Notes under the pieces: generated by a model
Databases searched by the model: none
Seen by the model: the letters and a program-made list of their open reading frames with translations, nothing else
Told to the model about the DNA's origin: nothing
Assembly: GCA_036339875.1 (NCBI GenBank)
Contig: JAYZAC010000013.1
Coordinates: 1-15,390 of the forward strand
Reading direction: 5' to 3'
DNA from: a bacterium
Lineage (GTDB): Bacteria > Muiribacteriota > UBA6191
Length of the DNA stretch: 15,390 bases
Program-made: the position numbers and the translations under genes
Shown: piece by piece, positions 1-7,460 of the stretch
How the letters are laid out: each line of letters begins with the position of its first letter
Numbering within the stretch: position 1 is the stretch's first letter

Positions 1-42
1 GTTGTACTTTTGCCTAACGCTGTTGATAACAGGAGATTATGA
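1..42 (+). CDS. 3' end of an upstream gene (5'-truncated), probably a GspJ-like minor pseudopilin
   Basis: Frame 1 is open from base 1 (VVLLPNAVDNRRL) to TGA at 40-42, overlapping the gspK start as ATGA (39-42). The GspJ identity is inferred only from its position before gspK. Confidence 0.5.
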   Translation, partial: VVLLPNAVDNRRL

Positions 43-1079
43 GATTTTCGGTCAGATTATATTCTAGTCAGAGAGGCTTTGGGCTTTTAATTAGTTTGTT
101 ACTTGTAACGTTATTGGTTGGGTTAGCTAGTAACTCTTTTCGTAGATCTCAGAATCATCTATTTATAGTTAGATCTCAAGCACAACATATGCAAGCTCTT
201 AATTTAGCAAAGGCAGGTATAAATATAGCGAGAGCAGGTTTATTAATGGACAATAACGATACGGATGATCTTGAAGAAGATTGGCATAAGTTATCTCTAG
301 CATCTCAAGTTGCTCCCATACCAATAGGTAATGGATTTGTTTCTTTAGTAATAGAAGATGAGGAAAGGCGCCAAAATATTAATGCTTTGAATGAAAAAGA
401 ATTAGAAGATTGGTTTAAGAATTTACAATTGAAGCGTGTAAAGAAGGGAGACATACTTGATATGGATATTGTCGAAGAGAACATTCATGAGGAACTCTCC
501 GATAATCTCTTAGATTGGACTGATCACGATGATGAAATTAGACAGAATGGAGCCGAAAGTCGTTGGTATAAGAAGCAGGAAGAAGAATATTTTCCTCATA
601 ATCGTCGATTAGCAACTATTGGTGAATTGATGTGGGTTAAAGGTTTTACTTCTGAAATGCTTTTTGGGAAAAAAGGAAATCCTAAATTAAAGGATATGAT
701 CACTGTATTTGGGGGAGGCAAATTAAATGTAAATACGGTTAATCGAGATGTACTGATTACTCTTCTTCGTCAGGAGGACCAATACATGGCGGAAACGGTG
801 GCGCAGGCGGTTATAGATGAACGTCCGTATAAAACTGAAAATCAAGCTAAGAACATTCTCAGTCAATATGGTTTTGGAGGCGTTCTAGATAAAAAAATTA
901 AGGTTAAAAGTGAATACTTTCGAATCATTGCTACTGGAATTGTTGGAAATGTTGAAAGTCGAGTCGAAGCTATAGTTAAACGCTTGAAAAAAACATGCGA
1001 TATTTTAATGTGGAAAGAAACTTCACTCGAGTCTGACGGACAGAGTGTAGGGAACAAACAACAGGAAGGCGACTATTGA
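39..1079 (+). CDS. gspK: Type II secretion system minor pseudopilin GspK
   Basis: Prepilin-type leader QRG|FGLLISLLLV with no Glu at +5, typical of GspK. GspK-like motifs D-x-L-x-E-x-W (DDLEEDW), IEDEERRQNIN, LLDWTDHDD, GAESRWY, ELMWVKGF, KLNVNT and terminal SEYFRIIATG. 346 aa. AGGAG at 31-35. Confidence 0.9.
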   Translation: MRFSVRLYSSQRGFGLLISLLLVTLLVGLASNSFRRSQNHLFIVRSQAQHMQALNLAKAGINIARAGLLMDNNDTDDLEEDWHKLSLASQVAPIPIGNGFVSLVIEDEERRQNINALNEKELEDWFKNLQLKRVKKGDILDMDIVEENIHEELSDNLLDWTDHDDEIRQNGAESRWYKKQEEEYFPHNRRLATIGELMWVKGFTSEMLFGKKGNPKLKDMITVFGGGKLNVNTVNRDVLITLLRQEDQYMAETVAQAVIDERPYKTENQAKNILSQYGFGGVLDKKIKVKSEYFRIIATGIVGNVESRVEAIVKRLKKTCDILMWKETSLESDGQSVGNKQQEGDY

Positions 1080-2647
1080 GTTTAGTTCTAGGTTTAGATA
1101 TTGGCGCTAGTGCAATTAAGGCTGTGCTCATGGAAGATGTGCTCCACGGGGAGGTGATCCGAAAGTTTTATCATTATCCCTATGGTGATCAAACTCGAGA
1201 GGAAGCACTTCAGTATTTTTTTGAGTCCGTTGTCTTGGAAGATTATGACCGTTTAGTTGTTTCTCTGAAGGGTTATGAGGGCTCTGTCCGTATTTTAGAA
1301 TTACCGTTTAATGAGAATAGGAAGGTTCGCTCTGTACTTCCTTATGAATTAGAAAATGAATTTGCAGATGGTATTCATGAAAGAAGTTTTCGTTTTCATG
1401 CAATTCCTAATCGTGCTGAAAATGATTTAGAAAGTCACCGATTCCTTAGTATCGGTGCATATGATTCGGTTATCAATAACTACTCTGATTTGCTTAAAGG
1501 ATTAGATAAAAGTCCTTATCTGATGGATTATGACGCTTATGCTAACTTTAATTGTCACGCTTTCAAGAACAAGGATATGATGGATAGTGATGATGGAGTT
1601 TGGTTATTAGTTGATATAGGAGCTCGTTCGACCGGAATCAATATAATTAATAAAAATAAGTTGTTATATACCCGTTCGGTGTTTTTTGGCGGTAATGATT
1701 TTACACAAGCTATTGCTGGGAACTTAAATTTAGACTTTGTAGACGCAGAGGAGTTGAAACTCGAATACGGTTTACAAGATTTTGATGGACAGGATGATTA
1801 TGGCAAAATAGACCAAAGTTTACTCAGTTGTCTTGATAAATTAGTCAAAGAAATAAAATTAACGATTGGTTCATATTATTCATATCAGGGTCAGCATTCA
1901 GTTGAAGGTTTAATTCTTTACGGAGGTGGGTCTAACCTCAAGGGCCTTTCAGACTATATTCAACAAATGATGGGTTTTCCTGTTTTGTTTTCCGACCCTT
2001 TAGCAAAAATCAAAGTGGATGAAAGTGCCCCGATAGCTAATAATCTGTATTCAATAGCAATCGGTCTTGCTCTAAGGGGTATTGGAGAGGGACAGCTGTG
2101 TCATAATTTTTTACCGCATCGAAAAATCATGGATTCTTATTCTCAGAAAAGATTCATGATGCATTCAATTGCGTTGATGTTGTTAGGTTTTCTCTACTTT
2201 CTATCTTCTGGAGCTGAATATTTAGCAATTTATGTCAAAGAAAATAAATTAAGACAAAGTTATGATCAGGAAACCAGACAAATTTTGGCATCTCAAAACA
2301 ATAAGAAGGTCTACAAGACTGTTAATGCTTTACATCGTAAAATTACAGAAAGAAAGCGATTATTAGAGAGGTTTTCGAGTAGTGCAAAGTCACCCTTAGA
2401 TATTCTCAACTTTCTAGCAATAGGTGGCTCAAAAGAGTTAGATGTGCAATTTAATTCGATTGTTTTGGAAAATAGGGAGAATCAGAGTTTGATGAAAATC
2501 ATAGGTACTGTGCCGGGAGTATCGGAGTTAAGAAAATTTGAATCAATTCTGGATAAATTACCGGGAACTAAGAAACGAGATCTAGTCAAATCAAATACGA
2601 CTGCAAGTGGTGATAGACTCGAGTTTGAGCAGGCAATTGAATTATGA
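1076..2647 (+). CDS. pilM: PilM-like actin/FtsA-fold cytoplasmic domain fused to a TM helix and PilN-like periplasmic domain (GspL-equivalent assembly platform protein)
   Basis: Actin-fold motifs VLGLDIG, LLVDIGARST, FGGNDFTQAIA, AEELK and LYGGGSNLKGL. One TM segment (IALMLLGFLYFLSSG), then a predicted coiled coil and a C-terminal beta-alpha domain. TTG start overlaps the gspK stop; AGGAAGG upstream. Occupies the gspL position after gspK. Confidence 0.8.
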   Translation: MSLVLGLDIGASAIKAVLMEDVLHGEVIRKFYHYPYGDQTREEALQYFFESVVLEDYDRLVVSLKGYEGSVRILELPFNENRKVRSVLPYELENEFADGIHERSFRFHAIPNRAENDLESHRFLSIGAYDSVINNYSDLLKGLDKSPYLMDYDAYANFNCHAFKNKDMMDSDDGVWLLVDIGARSTGINIINKNKLLYTRSVFFGGNDFTQAIAGNLNLDFVDAEELKLEYGLQDFDGQDDYGKIDQSLLSCLDKLVKEIKLTIGSYYSYQGQHSVEGLILYGGGSNLKGLSDYIQQMMGFPVLFSDPLAKIKVDESAPIANNLYSIAIGLALRGIGEGQLCHNFLPHRKIMDSYSQKRFMMHSIALMLLGFLYFLSSGAEYLAIYVKENKLRQSYDQETRQILASQNNKKVYKTVNALHRKITERKRLLERFSSSAKSPLDILNFLAIGGSKELDVQFNSIVLENRENQSLMKIIGTVPGVSELRKFESILDKLPGTKKRDLVKSNTTASGDRLEFEQAIEL

Positions 2648-3141
2648 GTATTAAACAGTTTTTTCATCTTGGTGTTAGTCTAACCATGATATTTCTTGGC
2701 CTAATTTTTTTGTACGGTGGTGCATTTTTTGCCGAGCAGCGTGACAAGGCGAAGAACAATGTGGTCAAGATTAGATCTCAAATCAAAGTGGCAAAAACAT
2801 TAGTTAACGAGGGTCAGGTAGATACCTACAGCGATCTATTAGTGCAATTATCAGGTTATTGCGATCAAGTTAAAATTCCTCGAAGTAATTGTCGAGTGAA
2901 TTCCCAGGGAGCAGTCGATAAAGGCGACTACACCTCTCGAAAATATGTAATAAATCTGAATCGAATGACTATGCCTTGGGTAGTACAGTATTTTAGCAAG
3001 CTTGAGAATTTGCCTAGTAATGTTCGCGTTATTCGCTCAAATTTGAGACGAGAAGTTTCGAGGCCCAGAAGAGGTAAGCCTCAGGCTCCATCTTTGAGTT
3101 TGAATCTAGAGATGAATGAAATAACTTTCAAGCAGACTTAG
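2644..3141 (+). CDS. GspM/PilO-like bitopic inner-membrane platform protein
   Basis: N-terminal TM helix (LGVSLTMIFLGLIFLYGGAFFA), coiled-coil-like segment, and a C-terminal pattern typical of GspM/PilO (YVINLNRMT...VVQYFSKLEN...VRVIRSNL...LSLNLEM). ATGA overlap with the upstream gene. The product call rests mostly on topology and position. Confidence 0.6.
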   Translation: MSIKQFFHLGVSLTMIFLGLIFLYGGAFFAEQRDKAKNNVVKIRSQIKVAKTLVNEGQVDTYSDLLVQLSGYCDQVKIPRSNCRVNSQGAVDKGDYTSRKYVINLNRMTMPWVVQYFSKLENLPSNVRVIRSNLRREVSRPRRGKPQAPSLSLNLEMNEITFKQT

Positions 3142-3169
3142 GATTTTTACCTAACAGTAAGCTTTGACT

Positions 3170-3198
3170 TTGAGAACTTAAGGTGTCTAGAGTATTAT
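3170..3198 (+). promoter_or_regulatory. Candidate sigma70-type promoter for the pilin gene
   Basis: TTGAGA (3170-3175), 17-nt spacer, TATTAT (3193-3198): 5/6 match at both boxes. A second overlapping candidate is TTGACT (3164-3169) N18 TAGAGT (3188-3193). Confidence 0.5.
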
Positions 3199-3213
3199 GA
3201 TGAGGTGTTTTGG

Positions 3214-3228
3214 TGGCTGAAATATTGC
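3214..3228 (+). promoter_or_regulatory. Candidate sigma54 (-24/-12) promoter for the pilin gene
   Basis: TGGC-TGAAATA-TTGC. GG at 3215-3216 and GC at 3227-3228 are separated by exactly 10 nt, as in the TGGC-N7-TTGC consensus. It ends 39 nt before the pilin ATG. Confidence 0.6.
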
Positions 3229-3267
3229 CACTTGGTGTGTTGTGTGTCTCATTTTCGGAGGAAAAAA

Positions 3268-3906
3268 ATGAATCCTTTTAATGTTGCTTTGGCTCGAAGA
3301 CATAGAGGTTTTACTCTTATTGAGCTTCTCATTGTAATTTCTATTCTCGTTATTCTATCAGTTGCAGTTGCAATGAATTTTATAGGTTTTGATTATGATG
3401 CTAGGCATTCATCAACAAAATCTAACATAGCATCTCTGCGGTCAGCTATTTCTTTGTATCGCTCGAGACATTCTAAATTTCCAGAGCCAAAAGCCTCTGG
3501 CGGTCGAAAGGCTACTCAAGGCGGAGAGCATACCTTGGAGGCCATATTAACAAATACTGGAACTTTCGGAGATAATACCGAATACATTAGAGGTAATATT
3601 GCGGGGGAACTTATTTCCTCTTCCAAGGAAAATGGATATGTTTGCGTAGTTGAGGACCTCGCTTCATACTATGGAGATAATTCAACATTCGATAACTGTT
3701 TGAATGCTTCTTCCGAGGAAACCATTTCAGAGCCTGGCGGTTATGTTTATTGTGCAATTAATGGTGCTATTAGATTAAATTTTGCGGTGGAGGGTGATGA
3801 TCTACGAAATGAAGATCAAACTTCGATTGGTAGTTTAGTCCCAGATTGGCAGAACTGGGAATCTCAAAAGGATGGAGCTGACGAAGATTGGCCTGTACGC
3901 TGGTAA
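3268..3906 (+). CDS. Prepilin-type N-methylation domain protein (type IV pilin / GspG-like pseudopilin), 212 aa
   Basis: Class III signal RRHRG|FTLIELLIVISILVILSVAVA with E5, followed by a GspG-like helix (STKSNIASLRSAISLYRSRHSKFP). Start moved from GTG 3205 to ATG 3268 because GGAGG lies at 3257-3261 and this gives a normal 14-aa leader. Confidence 0.88.
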   Translation: MNPFNVALARRHRGFTLIELLIVISILVILSVAVAMNFIGFDYDARHSSTKSNIASLRSAISLYRSRHSKFPEPKASGGRKATQGGEHTLEAILTNTGTFGDNTEYIRGNIAGELISSSKENGYVCVVEDLASYYGDNSTFDNCLNASSEETISEPGGYVYCAINGAIRLNFAVEGDDLRNEDQTSIGSLVPDWQNWESQKDGADEDWPVRW

Positions 3907-3925
3907 TAAACATAATTTAACGTGC

Positions 3926-3958
3926 AAGTCCGAGCAGTAACTGCTCGGATTTTTTTTT
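3926..3958 (+). terminator. Rho-independent terminator after the pilin gene
   Basis: Perfect 9-bp stem TCCGAGCAG (3929-3937) / CTGCTCGGA (3941-3949), TAA loop, followed by 9 T (3950-3958). Confidence 0.9.
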
Positions 3959-4001
3959 CTATTCATAATTGATTTAAATGAAGGTATATGGAATAAGTAC
4001 T

Positions 4002-4109
4002 GGTCAGATTTATGTCTTTTTGTTTATTATGGAGCCGGTCAAAATTTGTATGTTTTTGACGGTTTTTGTACGATCTGACCTCCTTCGTCGGGAGATTTAG
4101 GTCAGATTT
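4002..4109. repeat. Cluster of direct and inverted repeats in the nrdA leader (possible cis-regulatory RNA or operator array)
   Basis: GGTCAGATTT at 4002-4011 and again at 4100-4109. Inverted copy ATCTGACCT at 4073-4081, a perfect 9-bp complement of 4099-4107. Separate inverted pair GTCAAAA (4038-4044) / TTTTGAC (4054-4060). Confidence 0.7.
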
Positions 4110-4191
4110 CATCTTACTATGCGGCAATATGGACTATGTCCCCCAGTTGGAGTGGGATTGCAGATGCATTATTGGAAGTAGGAGAGGTTGA

Positions 4192-6423
4192 ATGAGTATA
4201 AGGGTAACCAAGCGTGATGGCAGTATTGTACCCATTGATGTTTACAAAATTAAAAAGGTAGTCGCTTTTGGGTGCGGTGGTACAGATTGTGATCCTTTAG
4301 AGCTAGAGATGGATGCACATGTGCAATTCAGAGATGGTATAACCACCGAAGAGATTCAGAAGATGGTCATTCAAACCGCCGTCGAAAAAATTACGTATGA
4401 AAATCCCGAATGGCAATTTGTAGCATCAAAACTTTACTTATATGACGTGTTTAAAAAGGTATGTCTGAATCGTAAATTAGATAAAAAGCCCTACACTGGT
4501 TTTTACGATTTTATCAAAATGGCAACTACTCAAGGGTGGTATTCTCCTGTGATTTTGGAGACCTACACCAAAGAAGAGATTGAGACTTTAGCGGCTTACA
4601 TCGAGCCAACTCGCGATTACAACTTTACTTATGTTGGAATCAAAACTTTCGCTGATAGATATCTAATAAAAAATGGAGAAGGTAAGTTACTCGAATTTCC
4701 TCAAGAAGCTTTCATGGGTATCGCTATGTTTTTAGCGTCCAAGGAAAGTGATAAGTTGAGATGGGCACGTGAATTTTATGACGTAATGAGTCGATTTGAG
4801 GTTGTGCCTGCTACCCCAACTTTGAGTAATGCTCGCAAACCTCTGTCTCAACTTTCATCATGTTTTGTTGCAACGGTTGATGATAGTTTGGATTCTATTT
4901 TTGACTTTGTTAACACGTTTGCTCAGCTTAGTAAATATGGCGGAGGTGTGGGTGCCGATATGTCCCGTATTCGAGCTCAAGGGAGTGAGATCCGAGGCTT
5001 TCAAAATGTAGCTGGTGGGGTTGTTCCGTGGATACGAATACTGAATGATACTGCGGTAGCAGTGGATCAATTAGGTATTCGTAAAGGAGCCCTTTCGCTA
5101 ACTCTGAACGTCTATCACGCTGATATATTTGATTTTCTCAACCTAAAAACGAACTCTGGAGATGACCGGCGTAAGGCTCATGATATTTTTCCATCTATCG
5201 GTATCACAGATAATTTCATGCGTGCGGTGCAAAATAGAGAGGATTATCATCTTTTTGATCCTTACATGGTTAAGAAATATTTGGGTTATGAAATCTCAGA
5301 TTACTTTGGTCAGGAATTTGAGAAGCGGTATCAGTCTGTTTTGGATGACGATCGCATTGTTAAAACAAAAGTACCTGCGATTCAAATTATGAAGGCTATT
5401 CTGAAGTCATCATTTGAAACAGGTTTGCCATATGTCTTTTTTAGGGATACAGCTAATAAGGGAAATCCAAATAAGCATTGCGGAGTAGTTAGATCTACAA
5501 ATTTGTGTGTGGAAATTATTCAGAATATGAGTTCAACGGAAATTAAGGGGGCAAAAGTAGCTGACAATGGTATGGTTGAAGTTACCAAAGAACCAGGAGA
5601 TCTGGTGGTTTGTAATTTGTCCTCATTAAATTTATTAAAGGTGCACGAGGAAGAAGATATAGCTAGAGTACTACCTGTTCAGACTCGTATGTTAGATAAC
5701 GTGATTGATCTAAATTTTTATCCTGTTCAGGAGGCAAAAGTTACGAATCGTAAATATCGAGCAATTGGTATTGGTACGATGAATTACCACGGATTATTAG
5801 CTAGTAAAGGCCTTGTTTGGGAAAGTGAGGGACATTTAGATTACGTTGATAAGTTGTACGAAACAATTTCTTATCACGCTATTTCGGCCAGCACAGATTT
5901 AGCTGTTGAGAAGGGTTCCTACAGTATGTTTGAAGGATCAGATTGGCAAAAAGGAGACTTTTTTGGTGGTCGGGAGCTTGGTGATCGAAAAAACTGGACT
6001 AGTTTGAAAGCTAAAGTTGCCAAACAGGGTTTGAGAAATGGTTATCTAATGGCAATCGCGCCTACGGGCAGTATTTCGTTGATAGCGGGAGCAACTGCAG
6101 GCATTGATCCTGTCTTTTCCAAAATAGAACGAACAGAAAAAACTAATGGTGTGTTTGTTTCTGCGGTACCAAACTTGAACGATGAGACTTTTTGGTTATA
6201 CAAAGAAGCTCATAAGATTGATCAGCACTGGGTTGTACGTGCTGCCGCAGCCCGTCAAAAATGGATCGATCAATCACAATCACTCAATTTATTTGTTACC
6301 AGTGATGCGAAAGCAAAAGAATTACTGAGCTACTATGTAACCGCGTGGAATGAGGGGTGCAAGTCGGTATATTATATGCGTAGCAAAGCAGTTGAAGTAG
6401 AGGAATGTGAAGTATGTCAGTAA
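4192..6423 (+). CDS. nrdA: Ribonucleoside-diphosphate reductase class Ia alpha subunit with N-terminal ATP-cone
   Basis: ATP-cone start VTKRDG, PATPTLSNA, LSSCF, finger-loop TNLCVEI, VCNLSSLNL, RAIGIG, AIAPTGSIS, IDQSQSLN, radical-path YY (SVYYMRS) and C-terminal CxxC (ECEVC). RBS AGGAGAGG at 4180-4187. Confidence 0.97.
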   Translation: MSIRVTKRDGSIVPIDVYKIKKVVAFGCGGTDCDPLELEMDAHVQFRDGITTEEIQKMVIQTAVEKITYENPEWQFVASKLYLYDVFKKVCLNRKLDKKPYTGFYDFIKMATTQGWYSPVILETYTKEEIETLAAYIEPTRDYNFTYVGIKTFADRYLIKNGEGKLLEFPQEAFMGIAMFLASKESDKLRWAREFYDVMSRFEVVPATPTLSNARKPLSQLSSCFVATVDDSLDSIFDFVNTFAQLSKYGGGVGADMSRIRAQGSEIRGFQNVAGGVVPWIRILNDTAVAVDQLGIRKGALSLTLNVYHADIFDFLNLKTNSGDDRRKAHDIFPSIGITDNFMRAVQNREDYHLFDPYMVKKYLGYEISDYFGQEFEKRYQSVLDDDRIVKTKVPAIQIMKAILKSSFETGLPYVFFRDTANKGNPNKHCGVVRSTNLCVEIIQNMSSTEIKGAKVADNGMVEVTKEPGDLVVCNLSSLNLLKVHEEEDIARVLPVQTRMLDNVIDLNFYPVQEAKVTNRKYRAIGIGTMNYHGLLASKGLVWESEGHLDYVDKLYETISYHAISASTDLAVEKGSYSMFEGSDWQKGDFFGGRELGDRKNWTSLKAKVAKQGLRNGYLMAIAPTGSISLIAGATAGIDPVFSKIERTEKTNGVFVSAVPNLNDETFWLYKEAHKIDQHWVVRAAAARQKWIDQSQSLNLFVTSDAKAKELLSYYVTAWNEGCKSVYYMRSKAVEVEECEVCQ

Positions 6424-7457
6424 TGGTCAAAAACAAGTTATTTAACCCAGCCGGTGATCGTGAATTTGAGAAGCGTTTAATCATAGGTGGAAATTCAACC
6501 AATCTATTCGAGCTAAACAATATCAAATATGATTGGGCTATGAAGTTGTATAGAGCTATGATGAACAACTTTTGGATACCCGAAGAGATCCCATTGGGTA
6601 ACGATGCGAAAGATTACAAACTATTGTCTGAGGCAGAACAGCGTGGTTTTGATAAAGTAATTTCTTTTCTTGTTTTTCTTGATAGCTTACAGACGGCGAA
6701 CTTACCAAATTTTGCAGATTATGTAACAGCTCCGGAAGTTAATCTTTGTCTTTCAGTCCAATCTTTTCAAGAGGCTGTCCACAGCCAATCTTATGGCTAT
6801 ATTTTAGATACCGTTGTATCTGCAAACAAGCGTGACTTAATTTATAATTATTGGCGTGAAGACGAATTCTTAATGAATCGAAATGTAGTCATAACTAGTA
6901 TTTATGAAGAGTTTGCTAGTAACCCTACAGATCAGAACTTTCTACTGGCCGCGATGGCAAATTATATTTTAGAAGGTATATACTTTTATTCTGGATTCTC
7001 CTTCTTCTATGTTCTGGCGCGTCAGGGTAAGATGTGCGGTACGGCGCAAGAGATTAGATACATCCAAAGAGACGAGCTAACTCATTTAGTGCTGTTCCAA
7101 AATATCTTGAACACTATTCGCAAGGAGAAGCCTCAACTGTTCGATGAAGAAACTATTCAGCGAATGAGAACATTAATGCACAACGCAGTCAAAAGTGAAA
7201 TCGAATGGGGCCAGTACATTATTCGTGATGGTGTGTTAGGTCTGACAGACGAAATCATTGATAAATACATAAAGTATCTTGCTAATAGGCGTCTCTCAAA
7301 TATAGGTATGGAACCATTATATGAAGGTATTAAAGATCACCCTATGAAATGGGTTGAGTCGTTTTCAGCGGTAAATAAAATAAAGACCGATTTTTTTGAA
7401 GCAAAGCCAACAGCTTATTCCAAAGCTTCCAATGTTGATTGGGATGAATTGGAATAA
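6414..7457 (+). CDS. nrdB: Ribonucleoside-diphosphate reductase class Ia beta subunit
   Basis: NFWIPEEI; di-metal ligands FLD, QEAVH, LEGIYFYSGF and RDELTH; radical Tyr four residues after the first His (HSQSY); C-terminal DFFE...AY. GAGGA at 6400-6404 supports ATG 6414; ATG 6423 (TAATG overlap) is an alternative start. Confidence 0.96.
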   Translation: MSVMVKNKLFNPAGDREFEKRLIIGGNSTNLFELNNIKYDWAMKLYRAMMNNFWIPEEIPLGNDAKDYKLLSEAEQRGFDKVISFLVFLDSLQTANLPNFADYVTAPEVNLCLSVQSFQEAVHSQSYGYILDTVVSANKRDLIYNYWREDEFLMNRNVVITSIYEEFASNPTDQNFLLAAMANYILEGIYFYSGFSFFYVLARQGKMCGTAQEIRYIQRDELTHLVLFQNILNTIRKEKPQLFDEETIQRMRTLMHNAVKSEIEWGQYIIRDGVLGLTDEIIDKYIKYLANRRLSNIGMEPLYEGIKDHPMKWVESFSAVNKIKTDFFEAKPTAYSKASNVDWDELE

Positions 7458-7460
7458 ATA

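Noticed and set aside
3205..3267. ORF-track N-terminal extension of the pilin from GTG 3205
   Set aside because: It overlaps the promoter candidates and gives an abnormal Cys-rich leader; GGAGG at 3257-3261 supports ATG 3268.
4002..4109. CRISPR mini-array or MITE from the GGTCAGATTT repeats
   Set aside because: Repeats are only 10 bp, two copies 98 bp apart with an inverted copy between; no cas genes and no clear terminal inverted repeats with target duplication.
4148..4162. Sigma54-like TGGAGTGGGATTGCA before nrdA
   Set aside because: GG (4149-4150) and GC (4160-4161) are 9 nt apart, not the required 10.
3960..4191. Cobalamin riboswitch or NrdR boxes upstream of nrdA
   Set aside because: No recognisable B12-box, GGGAA or GCCACTG elements, and no match to acaCwAtATaTwGtgt by eye. 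An Rfam scan would be decisive.
4192..7457. Intein or intron in RNR, or a non-canonical (class Ic/Ie) beta subunit
   Set aside because: Lengths are normal and motifs contiguous; NrdB keeps the first Asp ligand, all Glu/His ligands and the radical Tyr.
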